Origin: Felis catus
Lineage: Eukaryota
Assembly (NCBI RefSeq): GCF_018350175.1
Contig: NC_058382.1
Location: 50,098,001 to 50,162,000, forward strand
Direction of reading: 5' to 3'
Length of the DNA: 64,000 bases
Shown piece by piece: positions 39,073 to 52,412 of this stretch. The position numbers and the translations under genes were made by a program. Under the pieces are notes generated by a model. It had not been told where the DNA came from, searched no databases, and saw nothing but the letters and a program-made list of their open reading frames with translations. Numbering within the stretch: position 1 is the stretch's first letter; each line of letters begins with the position of its first letter.

Positions 39073-39609
39073 TTGAATGATGTTTTTAAGATACATAAAG
39101 GGCTACAACAATTCACAATACTCAGAGGGGTGGGTAGTGCATGGGTAGAGCTGTAGTACAGCTGGCATAGAGATCAAGGTTCTGCGGAAGAATGGAGCTC
39201 ACTAATTTCTTTTTCATTTTTATTGAGTTGCCAGTATTTTGTGTATAATGTTGATGAATTTGAACATCTGTATACAACCTGTGATAATCATCATCACAAA
39301 CAAGGTAATAAGAATATCTGTCACCTCTAAAAGCATTCTTGTGTTCACATGCTTTATTATTACTATTTATGTTAACACTGAAACATGACATCTCCCCTGT
39401 TGACACCTTTTTAAGAGTACAACACTGTATGGTTAACTATGGGCTCTAAAGTTACAGTTCTACAAGATAACTAAGTTCTGGAAATCTGCCGTTACATGAT
39501 TTTTTAAAAAATGGTGGTTATTCACTGCAGTGTGCTTTGATTAGGTAGGTTGATCCAAGTGTAATCTTCTAGGAGGGAAAGGAAATTTAGAGTCATGTCA
39601 TCAAATTAC

Positions 39610-39610
39610 A

Positions 39611-39673
<63 letters not shown>
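39610..39673. repeat. (CA)n microsatellite
   Basis: About 31 CA units with one interruption. Confidence 0.97.
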
Positions 39674-39674
<1 letters not shown>

Positions 39675-39874
39675 TGGCAAAACCTTATATGAAAACAAAA
39701 ACCAACTACCAGAACAAAAAAGAATGTTGCATGGAATATAAATTACAGCTGAAAAGAAATACCATTTATAGTTTCAATTATATCATAAATATTTGAAAAG
39801 TAGTGTTAATGTTTCTTAATATTTCCCCAGTTCCTTTTTGCCAAAGGATTAAAAAATGTACTTTTATACTGTCC

Positions 39875-40330
39875 TTCATTTATTCAGTTTCATTAAGTGG
39901 GCACCAACAATTCACCTTGGTGCAGAAACTATTCAGCTATCCAGTAAGTAAAACTAGAGGTTTAAATGTTGGAATAAAGCAGTCTGGTGGGGCAAAGGGG
40001 GACAATGAACAAGCATACAATATGCTTCCAGACACTGATAAGTACTATGAAGGCAGATAGAGAGGGCTGAGAGAGTAATAAGGGGTCGTGGTCTGTTTGA
40101 CATATGGTGACCAGGATAGGCCTCCCAAGAAGGTGGCATTAGAGCAGAGACCTAGATTAAGTGAAGGCTGGAGACATGGAGTTCTGGGGGGAAGAGAATT
40201 ACAGGTACAAAGAACAGCAAAAAGGAAAAAGCACAGCATTTTTTTGTAGATAGGAAGGAACATATCACACATACCCAGTACCAGAAGGCTGGGTGATTCA
40301 AAGAATGGAGAAGGTGAGAGCAGAAAGGTA
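39875..40330 (-). mobile_element. LINE-2 fragment (appears to continue at ~41710-42170)
   Basis: ttcatttattca…gataagtactatgaag…ggcctcccaagaaggtggcattagagcagagacct…gggaagagaattacagg L2 motifs. Confidence 0.65.
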
Positions 40331-40334
40331 GACA

Positions 40335-40545
40335 GAGACAAACTGAGCATTGATTGGAGGGAGGCGGAGGAGAGGGGAAAATGAGTGATGGGCATTGAGG
40401 ACGGCACTTGTTGGCATGAGCACTGATTGTTGTATGTAAGTGACAAATCATGGGAATCTGCCCCTGAAACCAAGAGTAACTGTATACACTGTATGTTAGC
40501 TAACTTGACAATAAATTCTATTTAAAAAACAAATAAAAAAAAAAA
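40335..40545 (+). mobile_element. Carnivore L1 3'UTR fragment with poly-A
   Basis: acaaactgagcattgattggag…gtgatgggcattgaggacggcacttgttggcatgagcac…aataaa + A tail. Confidence 0.9.
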
Positions 40546-40561
40546 TCTCGGAGGTGGAGGG

Positions 40562-41190
40562 AAAGTTAAAAATAGAACTACCCTATGATGCAGCAATTGC
40601 ATTACTAGGCATTCACCCCAAGAATACTGATTTGAAGGGGTACCTGCACCCCAATGTTTATAACAGCATTATCAATAATAGCCAAACTATGGGAAAAGCC
40701 CAAATATTCATCAGTTGATGAATGACTAAAGAAGTGGTGTGTACACACACACACACACACACACACACCCCAGAATATTACTCACGCATCAAAAGGAATG
40801 AAATTTTTACATTTGTGACAACATGGTTGGAACTAGAGTGTGTTACGCTAAGCTAAATAATTTAGTCAGAGAAAGACAAATACCAAATGATTTCACTCAT
40901 GTGGATTTTAAGATACAAAACAGATGAACATATGGGAAGGAGGGGGAGGAAAGAGAGGAAAACAAACCCTAAGAGACTCTTAAAGATAGAGAACAAACTC
41001 AGAGTTGATGGAGGGAGGTGGGTGTGGGTTGGGCTAGATGAGTGATGGTCATTAAGGAGGACACTTGTTATGATGAGCACTGGGTGTTGTATGTAAGTGG
41101 TGAATCACTGAATTCTGTTCCTGAAACAAATATTGTGTTGTATGTTAACTAACTGGAATTTAAATAAAAACTTGAAAAGGGGGAAAAAAA
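40562..41190 (+). mobile_element. 5'-truncated carnivore L1 (ORF2 end + 3'UTR)
   Basis: aaaatagaactaccctatgatgcagcaattgc…cagagaaagacaaatacc…ggaatttaaataaaaacttg. Confidence 0.9.
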
Positions 41191-41235
41191 GGTAGGAAGA
41201 GTAGGCTATAGGTTTTTTTCTGAATTTTTGAAGCT

Positions 41236-41706
41236 GTGATTGTAAATTGTGTGACCTTTGCTAGTCTACAGTGCCCAATTGTTTGGTCAAACACCAGTAT
41301 AGGTGTGGCTGTGAAGGTGTTTTTTTGTTTTTTGTTTTCTTTTTTAAAGATGTGATTAACATTTATATCAGTAGACTTTGAGTAAAGCAGATTACTCTAC
41401 ATAATGTAGGTGGGCCTCATTTAATCAACTGAAGGCCCTACGAGGAAATATTGAAGTCCTCTAAAGAGGAAAGAATTCTTCCTCCAGACTGAAACATTGA
41501 AATTCTGCCTGAGCTTTCAGCTTTTGGACTCAAGACTATAACATTAACTCTAGCGGGAATTTCTAGCCTGTTAGCCCACTCTGCAGATTTTGGACTTGCC
41601 AGCTCCCAAAACTGCATCAGCCAGTTTTGTCAAGTAAACAAATCTTTCTCTAACTCTGTGTGTCCACCTTATTGGTTTTGTTTCTTTGGAGAACCCAGAC
41701 TAATAA
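41236..41706 (+). mobile_element. ERVL LTR MLT2B-like
   Basis: gtttggtcaaacaccagt…gatgtgattaacattt…gtaaagcagattac…ggtgggcctcatttaatca…tggagaacccagactaata. Confidence 0.85.
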
Positions 41707-42184
41707 GGAAGTCATAAGATTGATTTGAGCAAGGGCATAATATGATTTGATTTGCATTTCCAAAGATCACTAATAACTTCAAGGAGGGAGAATTGCCTAT
41801 TGGCAGCAAGAGGGAAGCAGACTAGCTAGAAAGTTGTTCTCTCTTGTAGGTGAGACCTGACAGTGGCCTGGAAGTGATTGGCGGTTGCTGGATTTGAGAA
41901 ATATGTTGCAGGATTTTCAGACAGATCAGACGAAGGTTGTAGAGACAAGCAGATAAATGAAAGCTTAAGTTTTGGGCCTGAGCAGCTGTGTGAATGGTGC
42001 TCTATTTATAAAGGCATTTCTGGAAGCCTGGGTAGGAACAGGTGTGCAGAGGTGGAAAAGAGTGGAGGGAAGATGTATGAAGGATCCAGAGTTTTGTTTT
42101 AGGCACATTAATTTCATGTAGACCATTTGCTGTCCAAATGGAGAAATCAGGAAGACTGTTGGCTGCAGGCACATGTCTCTCTAT

Positions 42185-42410
42185 ACGGTGGTAGCTAAGC
42201 GCACAGCCTCTGGAACTGGAACATCTGGTTTCAAATCCCAAATCCGTTCTTCAGGGTACCCTCACTGTCTTAGTCTACTTGTCTGAAAAACGGGTTGGTA
42301 ATAAGCCTTACTGGAGTGGCATGAGCCATTAAATAAGTCAACATATGTAAGCTCTTAGGATGTACCTGAATGATCACAGAATATTTTATGTAAATCTTAG
42401 CTACTATTAT
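42185..42410 (+). mobile_element. MIR SINE
   Basis: ggtggtagctaagcgcacagcctctgga…ggtttcaaatccca…atatgtaagctcttagga. Confidence 0.65.
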
Positions 42411-44339
42411 AGTCAGAGTTTTATCTTTCTGGCCCATCAAATGGCTAGATTGAGACAAGAGACTAGGGGATGATTGCTCTGTATGGGTTTTGGTTGCTAG
42501 CTCAGAGTTCAAACTATAAGCGAGAGTCTGGTGAAGCCATGTGAACCTCCCTTTGGACGGTGAGTGGTGATGGTGTTACTTGGAGTGGTGGCATCAGAAG
42601 ATTGTGCTTTAATAACCTACTTTATAGGTGATTGCAACATCGTATTGTCTGTTGCAGCCCCACTCTTCCCAGATTATCTCCCTGCCTTGGCTACTTTGTT
42701 TTTTTCCATTGTGCATATCCCTTTGTCATGTACTATATATGACCTGCTTATTTTTTTGTTAATTTCTGTCTCCTCTTGGTGGAATATAAGCTCTAGGAGG
42801 AGTGCCTGGAGGAATGAATGATATTTACTGGTGCTTATTATTCCCTTTCTGTTTCTTTATTCTATTTTGTCAAATATTTTCCTGTGAGAAAACCATATCA
42901 AAGAGAAGGTTGGACATTAATATGATTCTCTGGACCTTTCTGACTTGTGCAGAACTTGAGTTTTCATTGAGACAAACCTCCTTTATGAAAGGGAATTTCA
43001 GAGGAAGCCTCTGATGGCAGTTTCAATTTTGACTTTGGAAATCAATTCCGGAATTGACACACAGTCTCCTGAAAGTGATGGTACTTTTTGTTGTTGGTTA
43101 TCCACTCGGTTTCTCTGCCAGTCTATGTGTGGGCAGTGTTCCACTCCTTGCAAATTCTGATCACAGATTTTTTTTTTTTTTCTCAGCAATGCTTGTCGAT
43201 GAGAGGCATTGAAAGCTATGCAGAGTGGAGGTTGATACATGGCCCAGTCAATCTATGACTTATGAGACCTATTGCAAGTCCAAGGCATTGTATCGATTCT
43301 GCCGAATGGACTGGAAACTGACCTTCATTGCACAGAACCCTCTAACTTGCTCCTTGTCTGTTTATTCCCGATAGAGCACTTGCATCATGCAGCTTTGTTC
43401 CAAAATCATTACCTTTTATTTCCCTTTACATTCCATCCTGATTTTACCATAAGTGTGAAGAGTGGACAAATGGATGTCTTTATTTAGCACAAAAGCAGGG
43501 GTCCTGTTTCAATGTCAGCTTGTCAGAGGCAGTTGATTTTATCTTCTCTCACTGCATGATTTTAGTACATAGATACTCTTTCCTTGGTCATGTAGGCATT
43601 GTGTTGAAATAAATTAGAGTTGATCTTTATTTATGCCAGCCCTTATTAATGACCACCCTTCTCATATTGTATTACAAATAGTACTTAAAAATATTTTTCA
43701 ATTATCCTGATCAGATTAATATTATTAGAGCTGTTTTCTTATTTCTCATGGTGGTTGTACCAACCAGCACATTATGGCACATTGTTGGAGTTCCACAAAT
43801 GATGGTTCAAGTGAGTTAATTATTCATTCCTGAGGCTGTATGGGAAGGGGCACTGACAGTTTGCTCTCAAGTCTTACTTTTATCTATAGAATGAATTACA
43901 GTTTGAAATAGGACTTTCCTTATCAGCCATTCTCTTTGTTCTTGAAAGTAGGTGTGGAATGGACCTCAAGATACCACCTGGAAAAAATAACCTATTTCTG
44001 GATTAGGTTATAATCTTTTGTACCTTTTGAATTCCAGGCATGTTTTATATCATTAGAGAATGGTCATTCCATTCTAGTGACTAAAATTATAGGACATTCT
44101 AGTTTGAAGGAAGCTTGTAAATCCACTAGAGAATGTTCATTATAAGTAGTGGGAACTGAGAATTTAGGGACTTACTCCAGGCTACTGGGCCATCAGCTCA
44201 TGTAGGAAGGAAATTCATGGCTTCCGTGCTCCACCATGATATTAGAGCGTGGTTTGGAGGTAGTTAATTAACTTACCTAAGGCAGAACATTCTAAACAAA
44301 CCTGTGTTCTTACAAAAAAAATTTTTTTTAAATGTGAGT

Positions 44340-44638
44340 GTCTTATGTGGAACTTGAGAAACAACAGAAGACTATGGGGGAAGGGAAGGGGAAAAAATAG
44401 TTTGAAACAGAGAGAGAGGCAAACCCATAAGAGACTCTTAAATACAGAGAACAAACTGAGGGTTGATGGGTGGGCACGGGAGAGGGGAAAATGGGTGATG
44501 GGCATTAAGGAGGGCACTTGTTGGGATGAGCACTGGGTGTTGTATGTAAGTGGTGAATCATGGGAACTACCCCCAAAACCAAGAGCGCACCATTTACAAT
44601 GTATGTTAGCTAACATGACAATAAATTGTATTAAAAAA
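44340..44638 (+). mobile_element. Carnivore L1 3'UTR fragment
   Basis: cttatgtggaacttgagaaac…aagagactcttaaatacagagaacaaactgagggttgatgg…aataaa. Confidence 0.92.
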
Positions 44639-44643
44639 TTTTT

Positions 44644-44850
44644 GGGGGTGACTCACTTGGCTAAGTGTCCGACATCAGCTTAGGTCATGATTTTGCGGTT
44701 CATGAGTTGGAGCCCCATGATGGGCTCCGTGCTGACAGCTTGGAGCCTGGAACCTGCTTCACATTCTGTGTCTCCCTCTCTCTCTCCGCCCCACCCCCAC
44801 TCACACTCTGTCACTCAAAAATAAAGATTGAAAACGTTAAAAAAAATAAA
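44644..44850 (+). mobile_element. CAN-SINE
   Basis: ttggctaagtgtccgacatcagcttaggtcatgat…gagcctggaacctgcttc…CT tract, A tail. Confidence 0.9.
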
Positions 44851-45145
44851 TTTTTTGAGTGTAATTGACACACAGTGTAACAATAATGTCAAGTGTACAC
44901 CTTAGTGATTCAACTCTGTATGGTATACTGTGCTCACCGCGAGTGCAGCTGTGGTCTGTCACCATACAATACTATTACAATATTGGCTTTACTCTCTATG
45001 CTGTGCCTTTTGTTCCCTTGACTTACTCATTTGATAATTGGAAGCCCATATCTCCCTCTCCTCTTTGTCCATTTTGCCCATCCCTGTCCCCCTTCCCTCT
45101 AGCAACCATCAGTTTTCTGTATTTATGGGTCTGATTTTGCTGTTG
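44851..45145 (-). mobile_element. Older carnivore L1 3'UTR fragment
   Basis: taattgacacacagtg…ctgtcaccatacaatactattacaatattg…ctctagcaaccatcagtt. Confidence 0.8.
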
Positions 45146-45864
45146 GTTCATTTTACACCTGCATTCCTTTTCAGAGATGCCTTGATGTGCCTGCTGAAGG
45201 CTGTCAGGGAGGGACGAGGGACATTAGGCTGTGAGTTTGGTTTCTGCAAAACATACCCTGAGTCATTTTGTTATGGCTGTTGATACTCGGAATTGTCTTG
45301 ACCTCACCTGGGTCTTTGCTTTTGTTGTGCTCAATTTACCTGAGGGGAAGAAAAGTGAATTGATCAACAGAAGAGATGTGGACAATAAAATAGATAAACA
45401 CCACCCCCCCCCCATACACCCCAAGATAAAAAGGAAAGAGAAGAATTCAAATAAAACCTTGTAAGAATAATGATTCATTCACAATAAATGTCATATCCCT
45501 TGCCTTGGATCTGTGATGTCATCATTATTGTTTATGTAGCATTCCCGACTGTGCAACCTGTACTGTGGATAGTGCATCAAGGGGTGGGGAGCCTCATGGC
45601 CATTATTAGATGTCAGTATAGTCATTAATGCACAAGTTAATGAGCTTTTTATATGGCATGTGGAATAAGTGCTAGGGAGAAAAATGAAGTGAAGGAGGAG
45701 AGGTAATCTTGATGGACAACCATAGGAACATTTTATTTTGAATAAACTTCCCGGGTTTGCAAGTTATATCCTAGATAGCACCGTATGGAGCAGATGTGGG
45801 CAAAGCCACTGGCACTAAGAAAATGGGATCACAACCATTAAGATGAGGCATTTGGCTTTTTAAA

Positions 45865-46308
45865 AATTGGTTTTTCTTTTTGTTTATGTATTTACATCCA
45901 AGTTAGTTAGCTATATACAGTGCAATAATGATTTCGGGAGTAAATCCAGCAATTCATCGTCTACATATAACACCCAGTACTCATCCCAAGTGTCCCCCTT
46001 AATGCCCCTTTCCCATTTAGCCCTTTCCCCCACCCAAAATGTCTCCAGCAACCCTCAGTTCTCTATATTTAACAGTCTCTTATGTTTTGTCCCCATCCCT
46101 GTTATTATATTATTTTTGTTTCCCTTCCCTTAAGTTCATCTGTTTTGTATCTTAAATTCCACATATGAGTGAAGTCATACTATATTTGTCTTTCTCTCAC
46201 TAATTTCACTTTGCATCAACCCTCCAGTCATCCATGTTGTTGCAAATGGCAAGTTTTCATTGTTTTTGATTGCTGAGCCATATTCCATTATATATATATG
46301 TGTGTATA

Positions 46309-46341
<33 letters not shown>

Positions 46342-46693
46342 GCACACATACCACATCATCTTTATTCATTCATCTGTCAATGGACATTTGGTCTCTTTAC
46401 ATACCTTGGCTATTGTGAGTAGTGCTGCTATAAACATTGGGGTGCATGTGCCCCTTGGGAATAGTACATCTGTATCCTTTGGATAAATACCTAGTAGTGC
46501 AATTGCTGGGTCGGAGGGTAGTTCTATTTTTAAGTTTTTGAGGAACCTCCAGAGTGGCTGCACAGTTGGCATTTCCACCAGTAGTGCAAAAGGGTTCTTT
46601 TTCTCCTCATCCTCACCAACATCTGTCATTCATTGCCTGAGTTGTTACTTTTAGGCATTCTGACTGGTGTGCGGTGGTATCTCATTGTGGTTT
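45865..46693 (-). mobile_element. Older felid/carnivore L1, 3' part (continues at 52886)
   Basis: 3'UTR and ORF2 C-terminus on minus strand ([20 protein letters not shown]); ends at tctcattgtggttt. Confidence 0.95.
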
Positions 46694-46709
46694 AAAAAAA
46701 AATTGTTTT

Positions 46710-47640
46710 GGGGAGAAGCAGCAAGATGGCGGCTTAGGAGGACGCTGGGCTCACAGCGCGTCCTGCTGATCACTTAGATTCCACCTACACCTGCCTAAAT
46801 AACCCAGAAAACCGTCAGAGGATTAGCAGAACGGAGTCGCTGGAGTCAAACGCAGACGAGAGGCCCATGGAAGAGGGTAGGAAGGGCGGCAAGGCGATGC
46901 GCGCTCCACGGACTGGCGGGATGGAGCCGGGGCGGAGGGGCGGCTCGCCGGCCAAGCAGAGCCCCCGAGTCTGGCTGGCAAAAGCGGAGGGGCCTGACGG
47001 ACTGTGTTCCCACAATAAGCGCGACTTAGCGTCTGGGAGGTCATAAGTTAACAGCTCTGCTCGGAAAGCGGGAAGGCTGGGGGACAAAGGGAGGGAGAGC
47101 TGCTGAGCCCCCAGACAACAGAACTCAGTTTGGTGGGGAACAAAGGCGCTCACCAGCGCCATCTCCCCCGCCCATCCCCCAGCCAAAATCCCAAAGAGAA
47201 CCAGTTCCTGCCAGGGAACTTGCTCGCTCCGCGCAAACACCCAACTCTGTGCTTCTGCGGAGCCAAACCTCCGGCAGCGGATCTGACTCCCTCCCGCTGC
47301 CACAGAGCCCCTCCTGAAGTGGATCACCTAAGGAGAAGTGAGCTAAGCCTGCCCCCCCTGCCCCCGTGCACCTTGCCTACCCACCCCAGCTAATACGCCA
47401 GATCCCCAGCATCACAAGCCTGGCAGTGTGCAAGTAGCCCAGACGGGCCACCCCACCCCACAGTGAATCCCACCCCTAGGAGAGGGGAAGAGAAGGCACA
47501 CACCAGTCTGACTGTGGCCCCAGCGGTGGGCTGGGGGCAGACATCAGGTCTGACTGCGGCCCCGCCCACCAACTCCAGTTATACACCACAGCACAGGGGA
47601 AGTGCCCTGCAGGTCCTCACCACGCCAGGGACTATCCAAA
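46710..47640 (+). promoter_or_regulatory. L1 5'UTR internal promoter
   Basis: CAAGATGGCGG YY1-type motif at the 5' end, GC/CpG-rich sequence up to the ORF1 ATG. Confidence 0.8.
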
Positions 47641-48534
47641 ATGACCAAGCGGAAGAATTCCCCTCAGAAGAATCTCCAGGAAATAACAACAGCTAATGAG
47701 CTGATCAAAAAGGATTTAAATAATATAACAGAAAGTGAATTTAGAATAATAGTCATAAAATTAATCGCTGGGCTTGAAAACAGTATACAGGACAGCAGAG
47801 AATCTCTTGCTACAGAGATCAAGGGACTAAGGAACAGTCACAAGGAGCTGAAAAACGCTTTAAACGAAATGCATAACAAAATGGAAACCACCACAGCTCG
47901 GCTTGAAGAGGCAGAGGAGAGAATAGGTGAACCAGAAGATAAAGTTATGGAAAAAGAGGAAGCTGAGAAAAAGAGAGATAAAAAAATCCAGGAGTATGAG
48001 GGGAAAATTAGAGAACTAAGTGATACACTAAAAAGAAATAATATACGCATAATTGGTATCCCAGAGGAGGAAGAGAGAGGGAAAGGTGCTGAAGGGGTAC
48101 TTGAAGAAATAATAGGTGAGAATTTCCCTGAACTGGGGAAGGAAAAAGGCATTGAAATCCAAGAGGCACAGAGAACTTCCTTCAGACGTAACTTGAATCG
48201 ATCTTCTGCACGACATATCATAGTGAAACTGGCAAAATACAAGGATAAAGAGAAAATTCTGAAAGCAGCAAGGGGTAAACGTGCCCTCACATATAAAGGG
48301 AAACCTATAAGACTCGTGACTGATCTCTCTTTTGAAACTTGGCAGGCCAGAAAGAATTGGCACGAGATTTTCAGGGTGCTAGACAGAAAAAATATGCAGC
48401 CGAGAATCCTTTATCCAGCAAGTCTGTCATTTAGAATAGAAGGAGAGATAAAGGTCTTCCCAAACAAACAAAAACTGAAGGAATTTGTCACCACTAAACC
48501 AGCCCTACAAGAGATCCTAAGGGGGACCCTGTGA
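47641..48534 (+). CDS. LINE-1 ORF1p, RNA-binding/chaperone protein (297 aa, open)
   Basis: MTKRKNSPQ…coiled coil…RNNIRIIGIPE…ARHIIVKL…QPRILYPASL…KPALQEILRGTL; ATG at 47641, TGA at 48532-48534. Confidence 0.92.
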   Translation: MTKRKNSPQKNLQEITTANELIKKDLNNITESEFRIIVIKLIAGLENSIQDSRESLATEIKGLRNSHKELKNALNEMHNKMETTTARLEEAEERIGEPEDKVMEKEEAEKKRDKKIQEYEGKIRELSDTLKRNNIRIIGIPEEEERGKGAEGVLEEIIGENFPELGKEKGIEIQEAQRTSFRRNLNRSSARHIIVKLAKYKDKEKILKAARGKRALTYKGKPIRLVTDLSFETWQARKNWHEIFRVLDRKNMQPRILYPASLSFRIEGEIKVFPNKQKLKEFVTTKPALQEILRGTL

Positions 48535-48584
48535 GACAAAGTCCCAGAGACATCACTACAAGCAAAAAACATACAGACATCACA

Positions 48585-51500
48585 ATGACTCTAAACCCGT
48601 ATCTTTCTATAATAACAATGAATGTAAATGGATTAAATGCACCAACCAAAAGACATAGGGTATCAGAATGGATAAAAAAACAAGACCCATCTATTTGCTG
48701 TCTACAAGAGACTCATTTTAGACCTGAGGACACCTTTAGATTGAGAGTGAGGGGATGGAGAACTATTTATCATGCGACTGGAAGCCAAAAGAAAGCTGGA
48801 GTAGCCATACTTATATCAGACAAACTAGACTTTAAATTAAAGGCTGTAACAAGAGATGAAGAAGGACATTATATAATAGTTACAGGGTCTATCCATCAGG
48901 AAGAGCTAACAATTGTAAATGTCTATGCGCCGAATACCGGAGCCCCCAAATATATAAAACAATTACTCATAAACATAAGCAACCTTATTGATAAGAATAT
49001 GGTAATTGCAGGGGACTTTAACACCCCACTTACAGAAATGGATAGATCATCTAGACACACGGTCAATAAAGAAACAAGGGCCCTGAATGAGACATTGGAT
49101 CAGATGGACTTGACAGATATATTTAGAACTCTACATCCCAAAGCAACAGAGTATACTTTCTTCTCGAGTGCACATGGAACATTCTCCAAGATAGATCATA
49201 TACTGGGTCACAAAACAGCCCTTCATAAGTTTACAAGAATTGAAATTATACCATGCATACTTTGAGACCACAATGCTATGAAGCTTGAAATCAACCACAG
49301 AAAAAAGTCTGGAAAACCTCCAAAGGCATGGAGGTTAAAGAACACCCTACTAACGAATGAGTCGGTCAACCAGGCAATTAGAGAAGAAATTAAAAAATAT
49401 ATGGAAACAAACGAAAATGAAAATACAACAATCCAAACGCTTTGGGACGCAGCGAAGGCAGTCCTGAGAGGAAAATACATTGCAATCCAGGCCTATCTCA
49501 AGAAACAAGAAAAATCCCAAATACAAAATCTAACAGCACACCTAAAGGAACTAGAAGCAGAACAGCAAAGGCAGCCTAAACCCAGCAGAAGAAGAGAAAT
49601 AATAAAGATCAGAGCAGAAATAAACAATATAGAATCTAAAAAAACTGTAGAGCAGATCAACGAAACCAAGAGTTGGTTTTTTGAAAAAATAAACAAAATT
49701 GACAAACCTCTAGCCAGGCTTCTCAAAAAGAAAAGGGAGATGACCCAAATAGATAAAATCATGAATGAAAATGGAATTATTACAACCAATCCCTCAGAGA
49801 TACAAACAATTATCAGGGAATACTATGAAAAATTATATGCCAACAAATTGGACAACCTGGAAGAAATGGACTAATTCCTGAACACCCACACTCTTCCAAA
49901 ACTCAATCAGGAGGAAATAGAAAGCTTGAACAGACCCATAACCAGTGAAGAAATTGAATCGGTTATCAAAAATCTCCCAACAAATAAGAGTCCAGGACCA
50001 GATGGCTTCCCAGGGGAGTTCTACCAGACGTTTAAAGCAGATATAATACCTATTCTTCTCAAGCTATTCCAAGAAATAGAAAGGGAAGGAAAACTTCCAG
50101 ACTCATTCTATGAAGCCAGTATTACTTTGATTCCTAAACCAGACAGAGACCCAGTAAAAAAAGAGAACTACAGGCCGATATCCCTGATGAATATGGATGC
50201 AAAAATTCTCAATAAGATACTAGCAAATCGAATTCAACGGCATATAAAAAGAATTATTCTCTATGATCAAGTGGGATTCATTCCTGGGATGCAGGGCTGG
50301 TTCAGCATTCACAAATCAATCAACGTGATACATCACATTAACAAAAAAAAAAAAGAGAAGAACCATATGATCCTGTCAATCGATGCAGAAAAGGCCTTTA
50401 ACAAAATCCAGCACCCTTTCTTAATAAAAACCCTTGAGAAAGTCGGGATAGAAGGAACATACTTAAAGATCATAAAAGCCATTTATGAAAAGCCCACAGC
50501 TAACATCATCCTCAACGGGGAAAAACTGAGAGCTTTTTCCCTGAGATCAGGAACACGACAAGGATGCCCACTCTCACCGCTGCTGTTTAACATAGCGCTG
50601 GAAGTTCTAGCATCAGCAATCAGACAACAAAAGGAAATCAAAGGCATCAAAATTGGCAAAGATGAAGTCAAGCTTTCGCTTTTTGCAGATGACATGATAT
50701 TATACATGGAAAATCCGATAGACTCCACCAAAAGTCTGCTAGAACTGATACAGGAATTCAGCAAAGTTGCAGGATACAAAATCAATGTACAGAAATCAGT
50801 TGCATTCTTATACACTAACAATGAAGCAACAGAAAGACAAAAAAAGAAACTGATCCCATTCACAATTGCACCAAGAAGCATAAAATACCTAGGAATAAAT
50901 CTAACCAAAGAGGTAAAGGATCTGTATGCTGAAAACTATAGAAAGCTTATGAAGGAAATTGAAGAAGATTTAAAGAAATGGAAAGACATTCCCTGCTCAT
51001 GGATTGGAAAAATAAATATTGTCAAAATGTCAATACTACCCAAAGCTATCTACACATTCAGTGCAATCCCAGTCAAAATTGCACCAGCATTCTTCTCGAA
51101 ACTAGAACAAGCCATCCTAAAATTCATATGGAACCAGAAAAGGCCCCGAATAGCCAAAGGAATTTTGAAGAAGAAGACCAAAGCAGGAGGCATCACAATC
51201 CCAGACTTTAGCCTCTACTACAAAGCTGTCATCATCAAGACAGCATGGTATTAGCACGAAAACAGACACATAGACCAATGGAATAGAATAGAAACCCCAG
51301 AACTAGACCCACAAACGTATGGCCAACTCATCTTTGACAAAGCAGGAAAGAACATCCAATGGAAAAAAGACAGCCTCTTTAACAAATGGTGCTGGGAGAA
51401 CTGGACAGCAACATGCAGAAGGTTGAAACTAGACCACTTTCTCACACCATTCACAAAAATAAACTCAAAATGGATAAAGGACCTGAATGTGAGACAGGAA

Positions 51501-52412
51501 ACCATCAAAACCCTAGAGGAGAAAGCAGGAAAAGACCTCTCTGACCTCAGCCGTAGCAATCTCTTACTCGACACATCCCCAAAGGCAAGGGAATTAAAAG
51601 CAAAAGTGAATTACTGGGACCTTATGAAGATAAAAAGCTTCTGCACAGCAAAGGAAACAACCAACAAAACTAAAAGGCAACCCACGGAATGGGAAAAGAT
51701 ATTCGCAAATGACATATCAGACAAAGGGCTAGTATCCAAAATCTATAAAGAGCTCACCAAACTCCACACCCGAAAAACAAATAACCCAGTGAAGAAATGG
51801 GCAGAAAACATGAATAGACACTTCTCTATAGAAGACATCTGGATGGCCAACAGGCACATGAAAAGATGTTCAGCGTCGCTCCTTATCAGGGAAATACAAA
51901 TCAAAACCACACTCAGGTATCACCTCACGCCAGTCAGAGTGGCCAAAATGAACAAATCAGGAGACTATAGATGCTGGAGAGGATGTGGAGAAACGGGAAC
52001 CCTCTTGCACTGTTGGTGGGAATGCAAATTGGTGCAGCCGCTCTGGAAAGCAGTGTGGAGGTTCCTCAGAAAATTAAAAATAGACCTACCCTATGACCCA
52101 GCAATAGCACTGCTAGGAATTTATCCAAGGGATACAGGAGTACTGATGCATAGGGCCACTTGTACCCCAATGTTCATAGCAGCACTCTCAACAATAGCCA
52201 AATTATGGAAAGAGCCTAAATGTCCATCAACTGATGAATGGATAAAGAAATTGTGGTTTATATACACAATGGAGTACTACGTGGCAATGAGAAAAAACGA
52301 AATATGGCCTTTTGTAGCAACGTGGATGGAACTGGAGAGTGTGATGCTAAGTGAAATAAGCCATACAGAGAAAGACAGATACCATATGGTTTCACTCTTA
52401 TGTGGATCCTGA
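48585..52412 (+). pseudogene. LINE-1 ORF2p (APE endonuclease, reverse transcriptase, Cys-rich) with three premature stops
   Basis: NVNGLN, CCLQETH, GDFNTPL (EN); [12 protein letters not shown] (RT); CWRGC…HCWWEC. Four ORF-track pieces share one frame; stops at 49263-65, 49872-74, 51252-54. Confidence 0.97.

Noticed and set aside
38170..39096. 308-aa ORF as a host gene
   Set aside because: It is the ORF2 C-terminus of a 5'-truncated L1, with the ATG supplied by flanking DNA and a frameshift near its end
46815..47327. 170-aa antisense ORF in the L1 5'UTR (ORF0-like)
   Set aside because: The ORF track start is not ATG in the sequence, GC-rich DNA is stop-poor, and primate ORF0 is not known in felids; no support without ribosome profiling
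47838..50908. Hydrophobic antisense ORFs opposite L1 ORF1/ORF2
   Set aside because: Expected shadow ORFs of A-rich L1 coding sequence
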